Shown here piece by piece: positions 36,927 through 46,374 of a DNA stretch of 64,000 bases (position 1 is its first letter; every line of letters begins with the position of its first letter). The notes below the pieces were generated by a model, which had not been told where the DNA came from, did not search any database, and was given only the letters and a program-made list of their open reading frames with translations. The position numbers were made by a program, and so were the translations under genes. The stretch comes from Candidatus Falkowbacteria bacterium RIFOXYA2_FULL_47_19 (lineage in GTDB: Bacteria > Patescibacteriota > Patescibacteriia > Patescibacteriales > UBA12075): contig MFGB01000007.1 in assembly GCA_001780275.1 (NCBI GenBank), positions 66,280 to 130,279 of the forward strand. The letters run 5' to 3'.

Positions 36927-38222
36927 TCACTTTAACCATTCTTCCTCCTGCCTTACTAGCAGTTTCGAGGCGCGCAAAGGATCGGCTATAATTTCTTTAA
37001 CCACTTTTTCCATCCTCATGCCCTGAGAACCCTTAACCAGAATAAGGTCGTTTTCCCGGATCCGATCCTGCATAAAGCGGCCGACTTCGGAGGAATCCGA
37101 GAAACTGAAAATCCGGTCTTCTCCCATTCCCTCTTCTTTGGCTCCATGAGCTATGTGCCTGGCCCGCTCTCCGACCGTAAAGAGCCAGTCGAAGCCGGCC
37201 CGAGCCACGTATCGGCCGACATCCTTATGGCCCTCTTCGCTATATGCGCCAAGCTCGAGCATATCACCCAAAACGACGAATTTACCCGCACCCTCTTTAA
37301 CCGGTATCCGCTTCAAAGCCCCTAAAGCCGCGATCGCGGATTTTGGTTCGGAGTTATAGGTATCGTCTATTATTGTCGTGTTTTTTATGCCCGGAATAAG
37401 ACGCATCCGGCCTTTGGGCGAATCAAATTTCCGCAAAGCTTCCGATATTTCGATCTGATTCATGCCGAAGCTTAAACCGACGGCCGCGGCCGCCAGCGCG
37501 GCATAGACGGAATTGATGCCCAAAACTCCGGGGAGAAGTATGGGGGTGTGCGAACCTTTATAGCCCATCTTAAAATTGATCCCCTTTATGTTGGCGGCGA
37601 TAGCCTCTCCCGAAAAACTATAGTTGATCTCCTGGGCGCGGATATCGGATCTTTCTTCCAGCCCGAAAGTAATTACCCGGGCGCGGCTTTCCGCCGCGAT
37701 ACGCCGGCAATCCTCGTTATCGTAATTTATGATCGACCATCCCGACGCCGGAATATTCCTGATAAGCTTGGCCTTCTCCTGGATCAATTTGTTCCTGGAA
37801 CCGAAATTTTCCGCGTGCACCGTGCCGATCATGGTCAGGATGCCCACCTTGGGCCCGGCTATGTCCAAAAGATAATCCATGTCTCCCGGATGATCAATGC
37901 CCATCTCCAATACCAGGATCCGGGGATAATCCTCGTCCTTCCGCAAAGAAAGCTTAAAACCCCGCCAGAATATCCGGATCCATCCGAAAATATTCCTCCC
38001 GGGCGATGCCGCTCCGATTATGGTCAGGGGCAGGCCGAATTCGTTATTATAATTTTTAAGGCAAGAGCCTACCCGGAATTTCCTATTAAGAACGGCGTAA
38101 ACCGCGTCCCGGGCGCTCGTTTTTCCGACGCTTCCGGTAATACCGACGACCTCCGGTTTCTGCTTCGCTATAACCAATTTCGCCAATATTTTAAGTTTTA
38201 GCTGTATGATCTTCTTTAGCAT
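36927..38222 (-). CDS. murF: UDP-MurNAc-tripeptide--D-Ala-D-Ala ligase
   Basis: GITGSVGKT, NYNNEFGLPLT, DDTYNS, LGDMLELG, LVKGSQG. Confidence 0.93.
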   Translation of the reverse strand: MLKKIIQLKLKILAKLVIAKQKPEVVGITGSVGKTSARDAVYAVLNRKFRVGSCLKNYNNEFGLPLTIIGAASPGRNIFGWIRIFWRGFKLSLRKDEDYPRILVLEMGIDHPGDMDYLLDIAGPKVGILTMIGTVHAENFGSRNKLIQEKAKLIRNIPASGWSIINYDNEDCRRIAAESRARVITFGLEERSDIRAQEINYSFSGEAIAANIKGINFKMGYKGSHTPILLPGVLGINSVYAALAAAAVGLSFGMNQIEISEALRKFDSPKGRMRLIPGIKNTTIIDDTYNSEPKSAIAALGALKRIPVKEGAGKFVVLGDMLELGAYSEEGHKDVGRYVARAGFDWLFTVGERARHIAHGAKEEGMGEDRIFSFSDSSEVGRFMQDRIRENDLILVKGSQGMRMEKVVKEIIADPLRASKLLVRQEEEWLK

Positions 38223-38293
38223 ATTTTATTTATAACTCCCTGGGCTTTGTGATAAATATATTAGCATAATAATCTAAAAGCTAAAAGCAATTT

Positions 38294-40222
38294 TTATCTT
38301 TCTTTCGGCACCTGGTAATAATTCAAGATAAATTCGGCGATTTCCGAAAAGAGAGGGGCCGTCGAAGAATCCGCCCAGGCCACGTCTTTAGGGTCGTTCA
38401 ATTTTACCAGCATAACGAATTTCGGGTCGTCGGCCGGCGCGAAGCCGATGAAGGTATGGATCGTCCGGCCCGCCTCATAACCCTTGGTTCCGCTGCCGGC
38501 CACCTGCGCCGTGCCGGTCTTGCCGCCGACGTAATAGCCTTTTACGGCCGCTCGCGTGGAATGGCCCTCTTCGACCACCCTGACCATCATGCCGGATAAA
38601 AGCAGCGAGGTTCTTTCGGAAATAACCCTTCTTACCGGCTGCGGCTGAGTTTTTATCCTTTCCCCTTCCGACGTCACTATTTCATCCACCACGTAAGGTT
38701 TCATCAAAATACCGCCGTTAACGACCGCCGCGTAAGCGGTTATGGTCTGGAGAGGAGTGACCGTTATTCCCTGGCCGAAAGTCGCGGTCGCGACCTCCAC
38801 CGGCCTGATAACGTCGCGCTCCAGGTTAACGATATTACCGCTTCCTTCGCCCGGCAGCTCGATTCCGGTTTTTTGCCCGAAACCGAATTTTTTGACGTAA
38901 TCCGCGAAAACCTCCGGGCCGGTTCTCTGCATAACATGGATCGAGCCGGTATTTAAGGATAGCTCCAGGACGGTGATCATATCGACCGTGCCGTGGCCGC
39001 CGAAAGTATCGAAGTCGGAATTTTTTATCGGTTTTGACCAGCCGGGTATCTTTATCGAACCCTTGTCGTTATAGGTGCTCTCCGGCGTGACCTTACCCTG
39101 GTCTATTCCGGCCGACATCGTAAAAATCTTGAAGATCGAACCGGGTTCGTATTGATCGAAGACCGCGGGATTATTGTAAATACTGATATCGTCCACCTTT
39201 CCGTAATTATTGGGGTCATAATCCGGCCAGGAGCACATCGCGATGATAGCGCCGGTTTTGGGCTCCATCACGATAACGGTTCCGCCGTCGGCGCCGTGCC
39301 GGAGGGCGGCAGCGTTAAGTTTTTGGCAGGCGTTGAACTGGATCGAGCGATTGATCGTCAGGATCAAATCGCTGCCGTTTTTAGGTTCGTTGAATTCCCG
39401 GTCATTAACGATGATCAGGCTGCCGTTACCCGACCTTTCCGCCTTGATCGATCCCGGGGCGCCGGTCAATTCCTCGTTAAAAAAATTCTCGAGGCCGTAT
39501 CGTCCGATCTTTCCGGAATCGTCGAAACCCACGAAACCGAACAGATGGGAACCGATCGAAAATTCCGGATAATAACGGTATGCCTCCATTATGTGATCTA
39601 TGCCCAGGCCGTGAAGCTCGTCGATATAAGGGTCGAGCGTTTCTTTTTCAACCTTGTATCGGATCGGTTCGTAAGGATCGTTTTCTTTTGATAATTTATC
39701 CAGATAAGCGGCAACAATGGATTTTTTTCTGGTTTCCAGTTCGAGCTCTCTTTTGATCGCCTTGAATTCTTCCCGGTTTTTAATATCGGCGGCCGCTATG
39801 CCGAGGCCATCGGAGGAGGTTGCTGAAAAATAAGGGTCTTCTTTAAGCATCTTATCGACCTCATCCTCCACGTTCTTTCGGTCGAATATTTCGTATAAAC
39901 GATCGGCCGCCTCCGCGGGACTCTTAACGTCTTTCGGTATGGCGTAAACCAGGGCGAAATCCTTATTCGTGGCCACCGGGTAAAAATCCTTCCCGTCCGG
40001 GACCGGACTGTTCTGAATATATATTTCACCGCGCGACGGCTGCAGCTTATTATATACCTGGTGCTGGTCGGAGGCTAAAGCGACATAAAGATCGTTCTTT
40101 GATACCTGGAGTCCGTACAGGCGCAGCAGGATCGATCCGGCCAATAAAAAAATAACCGTCATGACCAGATTAAGACGATTACCGTTGTCGCTTTTTTTTC
40201 GGTTGTATTTGCTGGAAATCAT
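38294..40222 (-). CDS. ftsI: Class B penicillin-binding protein (FtsI-like)
   Basis: YEPGSIFK (SxxK), SLN, GKTGTAQ; dcw context. Confidence 0.9.
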   Translation of the reverse strand: MISSKYNRKKSDNGNRLNLVMTVIFLLAGSILLRLYGLQVSKNDLYVALASDQHQVYNKLQPSRGEIYIQNSPVPDGKDFYPVATNKDFALVYAIPKDVKSPAEAADRLYEIFDRKNVEDEVDKMLKEDPYFSATSSDGLGIAAADIKNREEFKAIKRELELETRKKSIVAAYLDKLSKENDPYEPIRYKVEKETLDPYIDELHGLGIDHIMEAYRYYPEFSIGSHLFGFVGFDDSGKIGRYGLENFFNEELTGAPGSIKAERSGNGSLIIVNDREFNEPKNGSDLILTINRSIQFNACQKLNAAALRHGADGGTVIVMEPKTGAIIAMCSWPDYDPNNYGKVDDISIYNNPAVFDQYEPGSIFKIFTMSAGIDQGKVTPESTYNDKGSIKIPGWSKPIKNSDFDTFGGHGTVDMITVLELSLNTGSIHVMQRTGPEVFADYVKKFGFGQKTGIELPGEGSGNIVNLERDVIRPVEVATATFGQGITVTPLQTITAYAAVVNGGILMKPYVVDEIVTSEGERIKTQPQPVRRVISERTSLLLSGMMVRVVEEGHSTRAAVKGYYVGGKTGTAQVAGSGTKGYEAGRTIHTFIGFAPADDPKFVMLVKLNDPKDVAWADSSTAPLFSEIAEFILNYYQVPKER

Positions 40223-40295
40223 AGCAAGGGTTTTCGTTTTTCTTAATGATTACACCCCTTGCGCCCGTCTCGGTCCGTGGTGTAAATTGTAATTT

Positions 40296-40655
40296 TTATT
40301 TTCTGGCTACCGCTTCGCTTATGACGGTAATGTATTCGATCGTCCCGGCTTTGACAAGATTCATGCCCAGTGCCCGCTTTTGTATGTTCTCGTAAGATTC
40401 TAATTCCGTTACCTTGTTCGTGACCAGCTTATTATTATTCTGCAGTTCCTCGGATTTAAGCCTTAACTCCCGCAGGACGAATCCTTTGATGGACAGGTCG
40501 TTTACGCTCGCCACGAAATAAATACCGTTGATTATTATAACAATAAACAAAAACTTATTCAAAATTCCCAGATAAGACCTTTCGGCCTTTTTCCCCGGAA
40601 AAATTTTAGCGTTAAAATTATAATTTTTATTTTTGTTTTTATCTTTTATTATCAT
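40296..40655 (-). CDS. FtsL-like cell division protein
   Basis: Single TM plus coiled coil, located between rsmH and ftsI. Confidence 0.7.
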   Translation of the reverse strand: MIIKDKNKNKNYNFNAKIFPGKKAERSYLGILNKFLFIVIIINGIYFVASVNDLSIKGFVLRELRLKSEELQNNNKLVTNKVTELESYENIQKRALGMNLVKAGTIEYITVISEAVARK

Positions 40656-40745
40656 AGAATCCGCTTGTTGAATAATCCGGAGATTTGGCCTAAGATCATA
40701 CTGCCGCAAAGATGCCGATCGCTCTTTATGGATTATAATTTTATA

Positions 40746-41732
40746 TCATATTTTCTCCGCCACCCTCATCTTGGCGCTCCTGGCCCTGGGATTCGCTGCG
40801 ACCTCTTCGGCCGCCGGTAGAACCGTTTTTTTCGTAATTATCTTTAAAACCGCCTTATGGCCGCATTGGCAGACAGGTATCTCCGCCGGACAGACGCAAT
40901 TCCGGCTTTCGGTTTTAAAGAAATTTTTCACTATCCTGTCTTCAAGGCTGTGGTAGGAAACGACGGCTATCCGCCCGCCCCTTTTCAGGATCCGAACCGC
41001 CTGCGGCAAGGCGTTTTCCAAATTACCCAGTTCATCGTTGGTGGCGATCCTTAACGCCTGAAAAGCGCGCGTGGCGAAATGGATCTTTTTGTTATGCCTA
41101 TAAACCGCCGGTACGGATCCGCCGATTATGTTCACGAGTTCTCCGGTACTTTTTATTTCTCCCTCTTTTCTCGCCTGAACGATGGCCCGCGCTATTCTTC
41201 CCGCGAATCTTTCCTCCCCGTATTCCCGCAATATTCTCGCCAATTCCGACGCAGGATAACGATTAACGATATATTCTGTCGTCCGTTTTGCGTTTTCCGT
41301 TCTCTGGCCAAAGGCCATGTCTAGCGGAGCATCCAGTTGAAAAGAGAATCCCCGGCGCCGGTCTTCGAGTTGAGCTGATGATAGACCCAGATCAAATACA
41401 ATGCCGGAAAAAACAGGTACCTCCGGAATCTCGGAATCCGCCCGAGCGGCAATCTCGGCTGACTCGCCCGCCGCCATGATCTTGTGTAAGTCTTTAAAAT
41501 TTCCATGTATGATCTTTATGTTATTGTTTTTTTCAAATCTTTTCCGCGCGTGTTCGATGGCCAGGTTGTCCAGGTCGAAAGCCGCCACCAACCCCTTCTT
41601 GCCCACGCGCTCGGCCAACGCGGCCGTATATCCCCCCCCGCCCAAGGTACAATCCATGAATTTTTCTCCGGGTTTCGGATCAAGATACTCTAACACCTCC
41701 CCCAACATGACCGGTACGTGAATATATTTCAT
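40746..41732 (-). CDS. rsmH: 16S rRNA m4C1402 methyltransferase
   Basis: HVPVM, DCTLGGGG, DLGLSS.QL..RGFSF, YHSLEDR, NPRARSAK. Confidence 0.96.
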   Translation of the reverse strand: MKYIHVPVMLGEVLEYLDPKPGEKFMDCTLGGGGYTAALAERVGKKGLVAAFDLDNLAIEHARKRFEKNNNIKIIHGNFKDLHKIMAAGESAEIAARADSEIPEVPVFSGIVFDLGLSSAQLEDRRRGFSFQLDAPLDMAFGQRTENAKRTTEYIVNRYPASELARILREYGEERFAGRIARAIVQARKEGEIKSTGELVNIIGGSVPAVYRHNKKIHFATRAFQALRIATNDELGNLENALPQAVRILKRGGRIAVVSYHSLEDRIVKNFFKTESRNCVCPAEIPVCQCGHKAVLKIITKKTVLPAAEEVAANPRARSAKMRVAEKI

Positions 41733-41804
41733 ACGACATGGAGCACGGAGCATGAAGCACTAACGGTTTGCGCGTCGCGTGTCGCATGCTTCATGTTCCA
41801 TGCG

Positions 41805-41945
41805 CTAAAGCACTAAAGCGCGCGTTCGGGCAAAAATAATACTCCGCAACTCCTCCGTATCCACCAGCGGCGCTTTTATTATCCGCACTTTCACGGTCTT
41901 GGGTTGCAGAGCGACTTTTGTTTCGCACTTGATTTTTTTTGTCAT
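41805..41945 (-). CDS. Small hypothetical protein (46 aa) between mraZ and rsmH
   Basis: Manual translation MTKKIKCETKVALQPKTVKVRIIKAPLVDTEELRSIIFARTRALVL*; A-rich leader like neighbouring core genes. Confidence 0.45.
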   Translation of the reverse strand: MTKKIKCETKVALQPKTVKVRIIKAPLVDTEELRSIIFARTRALVL

Positions 41946-42017
41946 ATTTTTATTTTTGTTTTTCCGCCCGAGGCGGATATTTTTGGTTTTTTTGCGTGAT
42001 TCGACTTTCTTTATTTG

Positions 42018-42449
42018 TCAAATTCCCAGCTCACCCAGCGCCTCCGCGATTTCCCCGGAATCTTTTTCCGTACCTTGCTTATATTTATCCCAGGCTTCCT
42101 CTTCCCAGATTTCCAACCGATCGAACAATCCGGCGATCACGGTTTTTTTATTTAAAACCGCGAACTCCCTCAGGTATTCCGGCAAATTAATCCGGCCCTG
42201 ATTATCAAGATCGACATCCATGGCTCCGGCCAGCATCAAACGGGAAAACGCCCGGGCCTTGGATTGGCTGATCGGCAGATCGGCGAGCTTCCGGGCGATC
42301 TTCTCCCATTGCTCATGGGTATATAAAAAGAGGCACCGATCCAGACCGCGGGTCACGACCGCCCCTCCCTTAAGCTTATCCCTGAATTTTACCGGAATCG
42401 CCAGCCTTCCCTTGTCGTCTAAATTATGTTTATATTCTCCGATAAACAT
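42018..42449 (-). CDS. mraZ: Transcriptional regulator MraZ
   Basis: MFIGEYKHNLDDKGRLAIP, DNQGRINLP, RLEIW. Confidence 0.97.
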   Translation of the reverse strand: MFIGEYKHNLDDKGRLAIPVKFRDKLKGGAVVTRGLDRCLFLYTHEQWEKIARKLADLPISQSKARAFSRLMLAGAMDVDLDNQGRINLPEYLREFAVLNKKTVIAGLFDRLEIWEEEAWDKYKQGTEKDSGEIAEALGELGI

Positions 42450-42959
42450 ATTGCGGCGGATTAATAAAAAATATAACAAGATGTTTTTTAGCACCTGCTA
42501 TATTCTTCCTTTCTTTATGATTTTACCCCCGCCGCCTTTCCGGTTAGCAGGTGTAGTCCCCTTTTATTCGTGCGGGGTAAATTGATATCAGGTTGGGTTT
42601 TTCCGCCAAAAGGCGGCAAAGCCCAGCATAATTCAACTTATGAATTATATAAACACGACAAGCACGCAAACTAAGGATCAAGAGGAGGCTGATCTTGGGA
42701 TTTTGCCCTTGATGATCAGACCCCTTCTTCGCCTTAATTTTTCCCGTTTCCGGGAATTTTTTTGTTTTTGCTCTTTTGAGGGAGCAAATAGCATCCCCAT
42801 GCTATTGTTCCGTACCCCGAGAGGTTTTACGGAACTATTTTTTTGTTTTCTTGTTAGCGCGAAATGTCTTAGCTAACAATTTTATCCGCCCGGAAACGGT
42901 CTATGAACATATCTTATCCGGTTTATTTTATTTTTGTTTTTGTCTTTGACGTATTTTTT

Positions 42960-43030
42960 GGATTTTCTCCACTATTCCCCATTTCACACCATTATAATTT
43001 AATCATACACCACTTTTGCCCAAAAGTCAA
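42960..43030 (-). promoter_or_regulatory. dcw promoter with putative MraZ boxes
   Basis: Minus strand TTGACT-17-TATGAT followed by ATGG/ATGG/GTGG at 10-nt spacing. Confidence 0.65.
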
Positions 43031-43207
43031 TCAGCCGTAAGATAGAAAAAACCAGCTAACTTAAGCTTTTTTATTAACAAAAAAACCGGCTTGTTAATAA
43101 GCGGCTCTTTGACCTTCTTTTATGGTTAATAACTTTTAAACCGTTTGTCAACAGGTAATCCACAACTCTTTCACGTAACGCATAACGTGGAACGCGTATA
43201 CTGCTAT

Positions 43208-43591
43208 CTATGCATTATGCGTTACGCGAGGATACGTTATATTCGGCTCCCGATCATATTCCGGCTTTATAACCGAAAATTTACCGGTATTTTTTTTAGT
43301 ATTAGCCACTTTATCGTTCGTAACCGGCACCCCGAGCGCGTATCCCAGAGCATTGGCGGTTACCACGCCGATGCGCAGGGCGGTAAAACCGCCGCCATGA
43401 TTACAGACGATAATTTTAGCGATATCTTTAAGTCGGTATTTATTTTTGTCCAGGATTTTTTTTATTGCCGGCAATAATTTTTCCGCCTGACTGTATTTGG
43501 CGCTGAATTTTTTCCGGGAAATTACTCGGGTCCCCTCTTTTAGATGAAGAGCAATATTATGGTCCTGGGTAGTATCGATAAATAAATCCAT
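43208..43591 (-). CDS. tsaB: Short TsaB-like protein (N-terminal domain only)
   Basis: LFIDTT, QAEKLLPAI, GGGFTALRIGVVTANAL. Confidence 0.8.
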   Translation of the reverse strand: MDLFIDTTQDHNIALHLKEGTRVISRKKFSAKYSQAEKLLPAIKKILDKNKYRLKDIAKIIVCNHGGGFTALRIGVVTANALGYALGVPVTNDKVANTKKNTGKFSVIKPEYDREPNITYPRVTHNA

Positions 43592-43660
43592 AAAATAAAG
43601 TTTCGTATATCCTTAAATACTGTCTAATATTAACTTTTTTTTGTTTATCCGTCAATCTAC

Positions 43661-43689
43661 TTGACAATATATTGTTTCTATGATAATAT
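43661..43689 (+). promoter_or_regulatory. Sigma70-type promoter of the secreted-protein operon
   Basis: TTGACA-17 nt-TAATAT with extended TG. Confidence 0.6.
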
Positions 43690-43879
43690 ATATCAAATTA
43701 ACATGTTGTTAATTTAAACAATTTAAGATAAATGATTGCGGTCCTACCGTGATTATTTATATACCTGGCTCTTTGTAAACTTAATAACCAAATCAGTAAC
43801 CAAGGAAGGGAGGTGTTCAGGTTTTTTTGGTTAGGAATTTATTTTTTTCGAAAACCCACAACAGAAACAGGAGAAACAC

Positions 43880-44482
43880 ATGAAACGTCTCGCGCTTATT
43901 ATCACCATCATCATCGCCATCATCGCTCCCTTGTCCCCTGCTACGGCCTGCGACGGCCCCAACTGCGACACCATCACTGGCGCCTCTAACGGCACCGTGG
44001 ACACCAGCCAATGGATGAGTCTCAACAAGGAGGCTTTGTCCGACGGCTGGAAATTTATGGCCGATGGCGGACAAAAAATCACGGGCCAGGGCCATGCCGG
44101 CTACGGCCTCTCTGTCGCCGGCAAGGGCGAACTTAATCAGGCGCACTGGATGAATAACCAGGCCGCCACGCCCAACGCCAACGTCTGGCATATGGACGCG
44201 GCGGACATGACGCTCAAGGCCGGTGCCGAAACCGGCGGCAGGTGCGCGGATTTCAAGATTGAAGCCGCCGCTAACCGCTCGGCTACGACCGAAACCCATG
44301 CTGGCGAAAACAGCATGTCTGCCAAGACGGGACACGCCGTCGACGCTTCATTCAGCGTCAAGGGCGCCAATCCGTCAGCCGCGGTTGATATCAGGAGTCA
44401 AACCGAATACCTTCAGATACCTACCAAATTCCAGGGCTATCAGACCGGAATAAGCGAGATTATTATCAAGGGCAACCGCTAA
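43880..44482 (+). CDS. Secreted G/A/S/T/N/Q-rich beta-type protein
   Basis: SD AGGAG; signal peptide ..SPATA|C; alternating beta-strand patterns. Confidence 0.85.
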   Translation: MKRLALIITIIIAIIAPLSPATACDGPNCDTITGASNGTVDTSQWMSLNKEALSDGWKFMADGGQKITGQGHAGYGLSVAGKGELNQAHWMNNQAATPNANVWHMDAADMTLKAGAETGGRCADFKIEAAANRSATTETHAGENSMSAKTGHAVDASFSVKGANPSAAVDIRSQTEYLQIPTKFQGYQTGISEIIIKGNR

Positions 44483-44550
44483 CCGATATTTAACGGTCTG
44501 ACAGCCCGCAGGCTGTCAGACCGCTTTACCACCACCCGAAAGGATAAAGC

Positions 44551-45699
44551 ATGAAAAAAATCAAAAATCACTTGGTCTTACTCTTATTTCTCCTGACCCT
44601 GCCGACTGCCACTGTCCTGGCTAGCGACACCAGCAATGACACTACTACGGTTGGACAAGGACAGGAACAAGTGATGATCGACAACGGCCAGCAATACATG
44701 ATCTTTGACGGTGGCAAACCCATCCGCCAATTCACCGGCGTTTATCCGGAAGCGGAGATGCCCAATTCCGCTCCCCTTCCCTACGAACAGTACAAATGGG
44801 GAGCAATGGAAAAATCGGTAAAAATATTTCCCCACGAGCTACTCTACGGGAAAGAAGAGGCGCTGGAAAAAGCCGGTGGGGTTGATAAGATCAAAGAAAC
44901 CGGCCGATTTTTCCTGCCGCCCAACACCGATCCGGTGGTTCTCCTGAATGAAGCTCCGGGGCGACTAGGTGACTTTGAAATCTATACCGTTGAGTTGGAC
45001 GCGCCGAATGGAGGCATGTCAGAGGAAACCCTCCTGATCCTACTCTCTTACGGCAAGCATCGTTCTGGTTCCCGCCGGGCTTACGCCGAACTTATGCCAC
45101 TGAATAATCCGAAAGCGTCCGGAGTAGCCTTGCCGGCCGGAGCGAGCCAAGCCTTCGTGAACGGCAGTCAGGCGACTGCCCTGGCCGTCACTCCCGTCCT
45201 GGGATGGTCCCGGACCGTCGTTGAAATGCCTTACCGCGTTAAGGTCACTTTCTATAACGACGGGTACGTGCCCGTCCCGCCCGAGGTTTTCGGACGACGG
45301 GCGATCAAGCGCCTGACGCCCCGGGAACTCGGGGCGATCTATTTCGATTTCGACAAGTATTATCTCAGGCCGGACCAGGAAGAGACGGTTGTTCTCTGGG
45401 AAAAGGTTATTTATTCCCACTGGAACGACGTACCGATTTTTATTATCATAGGAGAATGCGACGAGCGCGGCTCCCTTGAATACAACGACCCCTTGGGTGC
45501 CAAGCGCGCAATAACGGTCAAAAACCGCATAATCGATGATTTAGCGGCGGCCGGATTCAACCGAGCGGAACTTAAGGAGAGGATCCTCTCTCCCTCCGAG
45601 GGTAAGAGGAATCTGCGTTTCACCGAGCACCAGAAAAACCGCACCGCCATGCTCTATTTCGCACGGAAAGCGTTTGTGGAAAAGGAGGTAAGTAAATGA
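44551..45699 (+). CDS. Secreted protein with a C-terminal OmpA-like peptidoglycan-binding domain
   Basis: Signal peptide; IYFDFDKYYLR..IIGECDERGSLEYNDPLGAKRA..KNR. Confidence 0.85.
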   Translation: MKKIKNHLVLLLFLLTLPTATVLASDTSNDTTTVGQGQEQVMIDNGQQYMIFDGGKPIRQFTGVYPEAEMPNSAPLPYEQYKWGAMEKSVKIFPHELLYGKEEALEKAGGVDKIKETGRFFLPPNTDPVVLLNEAPGRLGDFEIYTVELDAPNGGMSEETLLILLSYGKHRSGSRRAYAELMPLNNPKASGVALPAGASQAFVNGSQATALAVTPVLGWSRTVVEMPYRVKVTFYNDGYVPVPPEVFGRRAIKRLTPRELGAIYFDFDKYYLRPDQEETVVLWEKVIYSHWNDVPIFIIIGECDERGSLEYNDPLGAKRAITVKNRIIDDLAAAGFNRAELKERILSPSEGKRNLRFTEHQKNRTAMLYFARKAFVEKEVSK

Positions 45700-46157
45700 A
45701 GAAAATCCCCTGGATTGTTCTCGGCCTGGCTATTATAACCCTGGTTCTCGGTGCCTGCGCCGGAACTAAGCACTACAACACCGACACGTCGATGGTCGCC
45801 GCGCCGCAAAACCTGCGCGGCCAGATGTATTTCTACAGCCCCGACACTAAACAGCCGGTCCCGGTTTCGGAGACCGTTCTGATCACTTCCCTGCGCCCGG
45901 TACCGCCGGAAAATCCGGAACCGGAGTCAACGCTGAAACCGTCCACCAAAACCTGGCTTGACCAGGAAGCGGAGAAACACAAATCCGGCAAAGAGGCGAT
46001 CAACGAAATTGTCGCCTATACGCCGGACGGTGCCGCTCCGGACCGCAAGCACCGCGCTTTCGCTATCCAGGCGTACCTGGGGAAGAAGGGTATTAGCGTG
46101 CCCATCCACCCTGAACGCCGACATGGCGCTGATCTGGAGGGCGTGAGTCTAAGATAG
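45696..46157 (+). CDS. Lipoprotein, possibly with a degenerate OmpA-like fold
   Basis: Lipobox LGAC; SD AGGAGG; RAFAIQAYLGKKGI; 4-nt overlap with the upstream gene. Confidence 0.8.
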   Translation: MKKIPWIVLGLAIITLVLGACAGTKHYNTDTSMVAAPQNLRGQMYFYSPDTKQPVPVSETVLITSLRPVPPENPEPESTLKPSTKTWLDQEAEKHKSGKEAINEIVAYTPDGAAPDRKHRAFAIQAYLGKKGISVPIHPERRHGADLEGVSLR

Positions 46158-46224
46158 CTCGCGCCCAATCGCACAAAACAATTTCACACCCCCTGACAAA
46201 GTCAGGGGTTTTTATTTTTTAACA

Positions 46225-46350
46225 CCCTCTCCCGCGCCGCCCATAGGCGAGGGAGGGGGCTGGGGTGAGGGCAATTTCTACCAACAAAAAAAATCAGGGG
46301 TTTTTATTTGCGGCAAAAACAGTAGAGACGCCCCATCGGGGCGCCTCTAC
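46225..46350. repeat. REP-like cluster: CCCTCTCCC-type element and GTAG palindrome
   Basis: ccctctccc...gggagggggctggggtgaggg (46225-46271); gtagagacgcccc-atc-ggggcgcctctac (46322-46350). Confidence 0.75.
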
Positions 46351-46374
46351 CGGCAATTTTATATAAACATATTT

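Noticed and set aside
42640..42876. 78-aa plus-strand ORF in the mraZ leader
   Set aside because: Low-complexity F-rich translation of T-tracts, antisense to the operon, no SD
6673..46350. Autonomous IS, RAYT transposon or integron
   Set aside because: REP palindromes are present, but I saw no transposase, HUH nuclease, integrase or attC-like sites
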